Made by a program: the position numbers and the translations under genes. Source: the human T2T-CHM13v2.0 reference genome, Homo sapiens. Taken from it: a stretch of DNA of 64,000 nt. This document shows positions 54,101 to 64,000 of this stretch, piece by piece (within the stretch, counting starts at the first letter, position 1; the number at the start of each line of letters is the position of its first letter). The stretch lies in assembly GCF_009914755.1 (NCBI RefSeq), contig NC_060934.1; one strand, 5' to 3'. Below the pieces are notes generated by a model. That model made no database searches. It had not been told where the DNA came from and saw only the letters and a list, made by a program, of their open reading frames with translations.

Positions 54101-55085
54101 CCACTTTTCTTTCTGCTCTGGTGTGGGAGGCAGGCAGTGGTGGGAGCCAGGCAGCCACAAAGTCCTCCTGTCCCTTTGGAGCACAAGATGGCATCTGGAA
54201 ATCAGCTAGTGGGAGTATTTCTTGGAATGTCTTGGAAACTCTTTCATCTCAACCAAGAAGGGTTGCACAAGGCTGGGATAGGCGTTTAAAAATTGTTCTT
54301 TGCTAATGACAATCCTGGGTGCTCTCTCTCTCTCTCTCTCCCCCCCCCTGCCCACCCAACTTTGTCTCTCTTCTCTCTCTTACACTCACCCACATATACA
54401 CACAAATCTGCTGTTTTTGTATTTTATATTACCCTTTTTAGCTTGATAAAGATCAAAGTCACGTACCAAATAGTCTCTTGGAAACCGTACATACAACTCC
54501 TGGTCTTCTCTGGCAGTAAAAGTCTGAAAGCTGTTTTTGAATTCTGCTAGCTCAGCCTCACCCTACCCCTCCCCAGATGATGCAATACTAGAACAGGGCC
54601 CAGAAAGCTGCTGTGTCTGTCACCAGCTGGCTGAGTCTTGCCTCGAGGTGCCACAGAGAACTGGACCAAACAAGAGCTTTGCTGAGTGATTTTCCCCCAA
54701 CAGCTGGAGCTGCTGCAGAAATCACAACGAAACACCCTTTGTTGTTATGGGACTTCAGATCTGACAGAATCTTTGCTGGTTCCTTATGACAAATCCTTAT
54801 TATCTGCGTTTAAAGATGAAGAAACTAAGGCTGAGAGAGGTTAAGCAATTAGGCTTAGGCCACATAGAGAGAATGGGGGTCTTCTGTGTCTGTCTTGGGG
54901 CTTTTGCTACCACACCCATCACCATCACCATCACCATGGAGTCAACAGGAGACACTGGGCTATAATCGGTTTTTGGAGAGATGGTTTTGTCCTGGAATTC
55001 ACATTGCATCTTCCCTGTGTTTTGCTGTGTTTGGCAGGAGGTGCACAAAACACAGCTGTCAGCAGCAGAAGGACCAGTGGGTGCC

Positions 55086-55470
55086 TGATATGCTTTGGGT
55101 CTGTGTCCCTTCCCAAATCTCGTCTCGAACTGTAATCCCCCTCTGTCCAGGGAGGGATCTGTAATCCTCATATGTCAAGGGAGGAAAGTGAGTGGATCAT
55201 GAGGGTGGTTTCCTCCATGCTGTTCTCGTTATAGTGAGGGAGTTCTCACGAGATCTGATGGTTTTAAAAGGGGCAGTTTTCCCTCTTTCATTTCCCTCTC
55301 CTGCTACCTTGTGAAGAAGGTGCCTGCTTCCTTTTTACCTTCCACCATGATTGTAAGTTTCCTGATGCCTCTCCAGCCATCCAGAATGGTGAGTCAATTA
55401 AGCCTCTTTCCTTTATACTTTACCCCATCGCAGGCATTTCTTTATAGCAGTGTGAGAATGGACTAATACA
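55086..55470 (+). mobile_element. THE1 (MaLR) solo LTR
   Basis: TGATATG...ACTAATACA ends; exact 5-bp TSD GTGCC at 55081-55085 and 55471-55475. Confidence 0.95.
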
Positions 55471-56199
55471 GTGCCTGACAAGAAACCGGGTGCAGTCCAG
55501 GCCACAGAACCAAAGGCCCATGTGGGAGCTAGGCCTTTCCGCAGGATAAAGGTGTCCAGCTGAGGATGTGACATGCATAAGCTAGAAGCCCCCCTTCACA
55601 AATATAGATAGCAGCAGCAGCAGGAGGAGTCCCTGACACCCACCCCCGTGGTGGCCATAGATCCTGTTTCTCCTCTTCCCGCCACTGCCCCTGATTGGAC
55701 ACAGGCCCAGGCTATTGCCCTTAATTAGCAATGCAGGCCTGGACTGGGACAGTTTTGTTTGCCCTCAGAAGCTGCGGGATGTGTTATTTATCAGCCCTGG
55801 ACATTCAGCAATCTCACACTTGTACAACCTACTGGATTTTATACAACATAGACACCCAGACACACCTACCGCTCATGCTCATAAAAACTAACACTCATCT
55901 ACACTTCGCACCTGGTTAGAGCTTGTGAAAATGAGACTGGGATCTACAATAATTGAATACAGTCTTTCTCTGTTTTGCTTGGATTTTCATATTTGCTACT
56001 TAGAGCTGCTCATGTCCTAAGCTTGGTGTCATAGAAAATATTGGAAAGAACTAGGTAGGTATTATAGAAAAGATGGCATCCTTTGATGGGTAGATCTGGG
56101 CCTAATGAGCCTTTGGGGGAGTAAAGATTTCTGTTGACTACTTATAAAGGTGTGAAAATTAGTGCTCAATTGCCATTCACCAAAGCAGTGAGTCTGGTT

Positions 56200-56400
56200 G
56201 ATAATGATAGTGGACATTTATGAGCGCCCACTGCGTACAGGGCACTCTGAGCACCTATTGCCTCATTTCATCTTCACTGCAACCCTATATGGGGTAAGTA
56301 CTCTGAGTGTACCCATTTTACAGGTGAGGAAACTGAGGCATAGAGATGTTCTGTAACAGTGCTGGCAAGTAGCAGAGTCGGGGTTTGACTAAATTCTGTT
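56200..56400. mobile_element. MIR
   Basis: 'cccattttacaggtgaggaaactgaggcatagaga'. Confidence 0.8.
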
Positions 56401-56511
56401 CACCTGTGAGTTAGCACAAGCCATCAACCAAATAGGTGAAGCTGGCTTCACCAAAGCTGTAGTCACTAATGCCAAGTGGCTTCATTTGGAAAGTAAGTCT
56501 TTATTATCTTG

Positions 56512-56816
<305 letters not shown>

Positions 56817-57722
56817 TAAGCTGAGATTCCTGCGGCCATGCCTGGAGGAAGGTGGCAAGTGTTAAAAATGGGATGACTTGTTGCCCTTAGTTCCTCCTGT
56901 AACCTACTGTCCCACACAGCTGTCAGTCAGCAATGCCCTGGACAGAGTCTGGCTAGGCTGCCATGCACTAGAAAACTCCTGCTGCCAGCCATTTGACACT
57001 AGATGTGTCTTCTTAGGTCAGTAACAATAGTGCCTTTTACATGAATTACATGTATTTACAGTCTACAAAGAAAATTCACTCATGGCCTCTCATTTTAGGT
57101 GTTTCCTCTTTGCACTTGGGGCTTTCTCTCTAATTGCAGAATGAAAGGCTGCTTCCCTTGTTAAAAAGATCCCAGGTTAGGCCAGCCTGCCCCCAGATAG
57201 AAGCTAGTGATTCACTGTGCCTTCTGAAGGAGGAAAATGCAAACTCGTCAACCTCAGGATCAAAAGGAGGAGGGCAGTCCTGCCCAGATGCTTTCCTACA
57301 GGGGGTTTCACCTTCTTTCAACTTGTACTGGTGGCTCACATTGCAATTCATTTTTCCCAAATCGTTCTTTTCCTGTCTGCCCTCCCTCTCCCCACCCCGA
57401 ATCAGGGTTTGGAAACCCTGCTATCCAGGAGCCAACTGGAAGCATGACTCAGAGCTGCTTTCCTTACTCTTCTGACCTAACACTCCTTTTTCCCTTTTGG
57501 GTGACAGTCAGACAGGAGACCAAATCTAGACTGTCAGGGCAGTTTCTCCATAAAGAGATGTGTGTCTTCGGCAACACAGAATGTGGAACAGTCACATGTA
57601 GGTTATTTGATGAGTGGAAGACTGGAGTCAGGTTCCTGTGTGTACAGACCCTTCACCATGGTGTCAGTTTCCATTAGCTCTATTAGGAGCATTTCCAGCT
57701 TTCTGACCTCTTCCCCTTTTCA

Positions 57723-58281
<559 letters not shown>

Positions 58282-59947
58282 TTTTTAATTTATCTTTTAA
58301 ATCAGAGGAAAGAAACAGGAATAAAAACTAACTGAAATAAACCTGAGAAAGTAGGTGTGAATGAAATGAAACCAAAAGTACAAGCATTGGAAGTGAGAGA
58401 GCAAGAGAATGAGAGCGACTAGATTAATATATGAATAGTTTTTTTAATCAATGGCAATTAAAGGTTTTCATAAAGAACTGTTTGACTCTCCAGCTATCAT
58501 CTGGTTTTCAGCAATTGTTAAAGATATCCCAACAGTTCACAATGGTTTTTAGGCATATATGTGTTTCCCTTAGTCCTCTAAACCTTTTAGTAATGATACT
58601 CTGTTTTTAGAGTGCTTCTTTACTTTTCAAAGCACTTTTTCCATGCATATCATTTCATTTATTCTTCTTATATTAAAAGAGAGAGAGAAAATGTATTATC
58701 CTTTCTCAGAAAATGGGCAGGTGAGATTGCAGAAGAAAAACTAAAGTAGTTTTTTCAGTGCTAGGCACCGAGCTTGGTGCTTTACCTACATTTCTTTACT
58801 TATTTCCCAGACAGCCCTCAGTTAGAGATATCAGCTCCCTTTTACAGATCAAGAAACTGAAATCCAGGCCAATTGGTTAATTAGCTAGAAATGTTCTCAG
58901 AATATTTGTTTCCTAAAATGTATATTTGTGTCCTTGTTTTAGTGCATTTGGTTGTTAGTAAAATTTAAAAAAAAAAGCCAATTACATTAAGAAGTTATAT
59001 TCTAACTCCAAAAAATGTTTTATACTTCCATATCTGGTTAAAGTAACTCCAACATTTTCTCTTTGCTTCTTCTGAATGGTCTAATATATACCTATGCCAG
59101 AATGAGTCAACGTCTAAAGTGCTAGTTTGATAGAAGTGGAGGGTATCTTAAGATGGAATTACTTTGAATTAAGTAGATGTAAATGATTAGACAGCACAGT
59201 GATTGAGTATTTCTTCTTTACAAATGCGTATGGTTTATGTACTGCCATTTTGCCTTCTGTAGGGATTGTGATAGTGTATAATTCTGTTAGCACTGAACAA
59301 GAAAACCAGTTTTACCTTAACCTTGATAACATCGGATGTGTGATTTCTTTAAAAAGATACTACATGGGCAAGTATAAAATTGCTTCTTGGGGTTGTTTTA
59401 AAAGCATATTTCTTTGATTACAAATGAAGACATATATTAGATGTTTGCTAATTTGTCCTTCCTCTTACCTGTGAATTGTAGTTAATACACTTTGCCCATT
59501 TATCTACTGGTGACAATGTTTTTCTCATGAATTTGGATGATCTGTTTATATCTTATACATAATCTTGTCTTTCATATCTGGTTAAAATACCATCCTACTC
59601 TCTGGCCTTGTAAGTTTTGGTAGACTACATTTAAAAAATAGTTTAATAATTTAAGTGACCAATTTTGCAGTCTTGCCAGATAACTCAGTGGTACTTTGAT
59701 AATATAGTATATTTATGAAAGCTAATTGAAGTTGATGAGTATGAAGTAGGGAGTAAACTACCTTAACTCTAACAAGTCACGCTCAAGAAGAGAATAAATT
59801 TCTGCCATTTTCTATCATTGAAGTAAGAGATACTTAAATAAAAGGAAGTAACTAAAGTAGACCTATGCAGTCTTTATGTTCTTCATTAAAAATAGTAAGT
59901 TATATTTAACAGAAATTGACATGGGCATCTCTGATTTTGCTGTTTAG

Positions 59948-60043
59948 CTGTAAAAACATTTCCAAGCAAAGAATAGAAATAATATACAAGTCCTGTAAAA
60001 ACATTTCCAAGCAAATAATAGAAATAATATTTCATTCAAGTCC
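59948..60043. repeat. 45-bp tandem duplication
   Basis: ctgtaaaaacatttccaagcaaa(g/t)aatagaaataatat at 59948 and 59993. Confidence 0.9.
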
Positions 60044-60316
60044 ACATGAGTGACCTGAAATGATAGATTTTGTTATTAACTCGGATTTAGTTTTCACTTT
60101 TTTTTTTCTTGGTACTTTCCCAAAATGGAAAAGAAAAAGTTTTCTGGATCTTTCTAGGTAGTCTTGCAGACAGCCTCTGGGCGACTACACATGATTGTTC
60201 TGCCCTAGTTATAAAGGTTTTCTGAGGTGGAAACACCATTTATATCAGTTTTTTTTTTTTTTTCTAATTTAAGGTGCAGTATCTGACCACATGCCCTAAA
60301 GTTGTGCATTTTTCTC

Positions 60317-60370
60317 ATGTGCATGCACGTGTGCGTGCACACACACACACACACACATGCACACGCATAC
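60317..60370. repeat. Alternating purine-pyrimidine tract including (CA)n
   Basis: atgtgcatgcacgtgtgcgtgcacacacac...atgcacacgcatac. Confidence 0.9.
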
Positions 60371-60373
60371 TGA

Positions 60374-60702
<329 letters not shown>

Positions 60703-61169
60703 ACCTTTTTTTGTTTTGTTTTTGTTTTAATTTTAATCTATCTACCCTTAAGGACCAGGAACACACCCATTAGTTGAGAGAATGTCATGATTAAAAAGTG
60801 TTGCTCTCTCCTGCTAAGCTTCCCCTCCTCCTTATTACACAGACACACACACACTCACACACTCCTGTTTTGTAAAGTGTCCAGCCCTGAATCAGTTCTG
60901 GTGAATTAGAGCTTTGCATTGAGTTAGGCAATCCCTCAGTTTTTCCTTTTTAATATAGGAGAATACATGACTTTGACTATCTTGGAAATCTCTTTGCTGC
61001 AAATATGCAGAGGAAAAATCGAAGGATAAAAAGAAGTCAAGAAAATAAAATGTTTACAGAATAGTGCCAACTCTTTGTGAGGGGCCTGGCAGTTATGGGT
61101 CTGTTGTCTTTTTGTTTCCTGTTTTTTCTTTTCCCCAACATTTTCATTTTTATTTTTGTAGAGGTAGAA

Positions 61170-61295
61170 TACTTTGTAGAGACAGGGTGCTGCCATATTG
61201 CCCAGGCTAGTTGTGAACTCCCTGGACTCAAGTGATCCTACTGCCTCAATCTCCCAAAGTTCTGGCATGACATGCATGAGCCACTGCAGCTGGCC
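61170..61295 (-). mobile_element. FLAM/Alu left monomer
   Basis: Single antisense arm. Confidence 0.82.
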
Positions 61296-61936
61296 ACTGC
61301 CCTGTTGTCTTAATGGCCATGGTTAATGTTGCCACTTTTCCTTCTCAGTGCCGGGAAGGAGCCCCTTGTTTCTCTAGGAGACCATTAACTTTTACCAAAG
61401 CTCTGCTACCAAAAATGGGTTACATATTCTTAGAACATCAGAGGAGCTTCCCCAGGACTTTGAAGGCAAAGTTCTGAAAATATAAATGAGTTGCCACAGA
61501 TTATATTTTGCTTCCAACAGATGCTACAAAGTTGTTCAAAGCACAGTAGCTTCAGAAAACAGGATATCCTTGAACCATGAAGTTAATTTGATCCATGTGG
61601 TGTCCAGAATTCCAAGAAATCCGTCCTGAGGCAGCTTTCCTGCCAATGTTCTCTCTCTGACATATTCTGATCTGCTGTACTAGATGAACTATTTATCATT
61701 TGGCCTTCCTTCTCCAATTATGACATATTTCCAGATACTTTTCTTCCTGAAATATGCCAACAAGCTGGCTGTATGCCCAGGGCATGAAATATCTCCTTAA
61801 AATCTCAACATTTATGTATAAAACCCATTTATAGGTACTTTTTTTGAGAAAGAGGAGTTAGAAAACTGTGTTCTCTGATGGGTGGTGAATCTTTTTTCTA
61901 AGATTTATTTGAAACAAACATTGTTCACATGTTTAA

Positions 61937-62227
<291 letters not shown>

Positions 62228-62639
62228 TAATTCTTCAAGTTTGAATTCAGTACCCATTATTTGTTGTACAAAATAGTTCTTGCAGTCTCCTGATTACATT
62301 TTAGCTCCTCTCATTTATGGAAGACCCCATCCACAGTTCTTTGCAATTTTTGTAAAGGACCAGAACTATTTACTCATCATCTCTGAGGTCAAGTAGGGAA
62401 GAGATTTCCTGTCATAGATTTTCTTCAAAATAATACAGCTCAAGTGTCACTGGACTATCAAACGAATGCCATATTGATTTAATAGATAGTAGCTCTTAAA
62501 TGAAGTGAAAGGACCTTTGCTTAATTAATTCAGTAATTAATTCGGTACACATTTATTGTGTGCCTGTCACATGCCCCCACTGGAAGGAACATCTGCCTGT
62601 CATTCTGTGCTTACTAAACCAGAGGAATCAAACCATGCA

Positions 62640-62800
62640 ATAATAGTTGGCATTTATTTGGGTTCATAACACATGTTGAGCTCTGTGCTAAGGATTCTTC
62701 ACACATAATTTTATTTAATCTTCTGAACCATCTGTTCAGGTAGGTATTATGATCTTTATTTCAAACATCAGGAAGCTGAGCCTTACATGGTTTATCTCTC
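62640..62800. mobile_element. MIR
   Basis: 'gcatttatttgggt...ctgtgctaagg...atttaatcttc'. Confidence 0.6.
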
Positions 62801-63021
62801 TGAAACCGTAACAGTACAGCTGGGGTTGGCCCTACTTGGCCTAAGTCCACGTATGGCCGGGAATCACCTTAGGTCCCTGACAAGTTCTCCTTTGAGATAA
62901 TATCAAGAATGGAATAAAGATAAGAGGGTTGAATCTGGAGAAATCATGAAAGGTGTGAAGTCAAGTCACTTTATAGCCGTTATTGTTAGATTGTGGCTGT
63001 TTATTTCATAGATTGTATTAT

Positions 63022-63320
63022 TTTTTGTTTTGAGACAGGGTCTTGCTCTGTCACTCAGGCTGGAGTGCAGTAACATGAACACAGCTCATGGCAGCCTCAA
63101 CCTCCTGGGCTCAAGTGATCCTACCACCTCAGCCTCGTAAGCAGCTGGGGTTACAGGTGTGAGCCACCCCACCCAGCTAATTTAAATTTTTTTTTTTTTT
63201 TTGTAGAGACAGGATTTTGCCGTGTTGCCCAGGCTGGTCTCAAACTCCTGGACTCAAGCAGTAGTCCCACCTCAGACTCCCAAAGTGCTGGGATTACCGG
63301 CCTGAGCCACTGTGCCCAGC
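63022..63320 (-). mobile_element. AluJ
   Basis: Full antisense Alu; exact TSD tagattgtattat on both sides. Confidence 0.92.
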
Positions 63321-63587
63321 TAGATTGTATTATCGATAACCCTGTTGTTGCCTGTTTATTTATAAAGCCATCACTCCTTAATTTTAAATTGTTGTAAATG
63401 TATTGTTCCAGCTGTCTGAGTCTGTAATACCTTGCATCTTCCCAGGGCTCAGATAAAGCTAACTAACCTCTCCTCTAAGAAGTCCTCCCTGATCACGCAG
63501 GCGATGCTGCTCTCTCCCTCCATGAACTTCTAAGCACAGCCACTGACACCTTTCACTGCACATTGCTTCTTAACGTTTTCCTCTTGA

Positions 63588-63947
<360 letters not shown>

Positions 63948-64000
63948 TAAACGTAGGAACACCATTTATGACTTTTGAGGAATCACAGAGGTGAAAAGGG

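Noticed and set aside
54917-54939. CATCACCATCACCATCAC followed by CATGG, resembling a His6 tag and NcoI site
   Set aside because: No vector context; a natural (CATCAC)n microsatellite.
59948-60043. Direct repeats as a possible CRISPR-like array
   Set aside because: Only two adjacent copies with no unique spacers, in eukaryotic DNA; a simple tandem duplication.
61464-61478. Short match to the start of the miR-148a hairpin (aggcaaagttctga)
   Set aside because: Similarity stops after ~14 nt; no complementary arm.

Overview
Primate (human-like) genomic DNA, judged from about 29 Alu elements plus L1, L2, MIR, MaLR/ERV LTR and hAT/mariner relics. I cannot name the locus, and I recognise no established protein-coding exon, tRNA, rRNA or CRISPR array. 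Most ORFs in the supplied track are Alu-derived or are GC-rich ORFs in CpG islands. The unique sequence centres on two CpG islands. Island 1 (~11.6-12.9 kb) looks like a bidirectional or overlapping promoter, with ETS/E2F-like motifs, a tandem-duplicated near-palindromic TATA element and splice donors on both strands. Island 2 (~50.8-53.2 kb) looks like a developmental-type island, with an RFX X-box, a GC box and repeated TAATTA homeodomain sites. Scattered exon-like segments suggest spliced lncRNAs on both strands. The best novelty candidates are: (1) a 45-aa minus-strand smORF in island 2 with a C-terminal transmembrane helix (tail-anchored, regulin-like architecture); (2) two compact clusters of bHLH-PAS/E-box motifs; (3) a set of RFX X-boxes; (4) an unexplained 39-bp element present twice, 3.1 kb apart. 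All of these are hypotheses from sequence alone. Repeat boundaries and subfamily calls were made by eye and are approximate.
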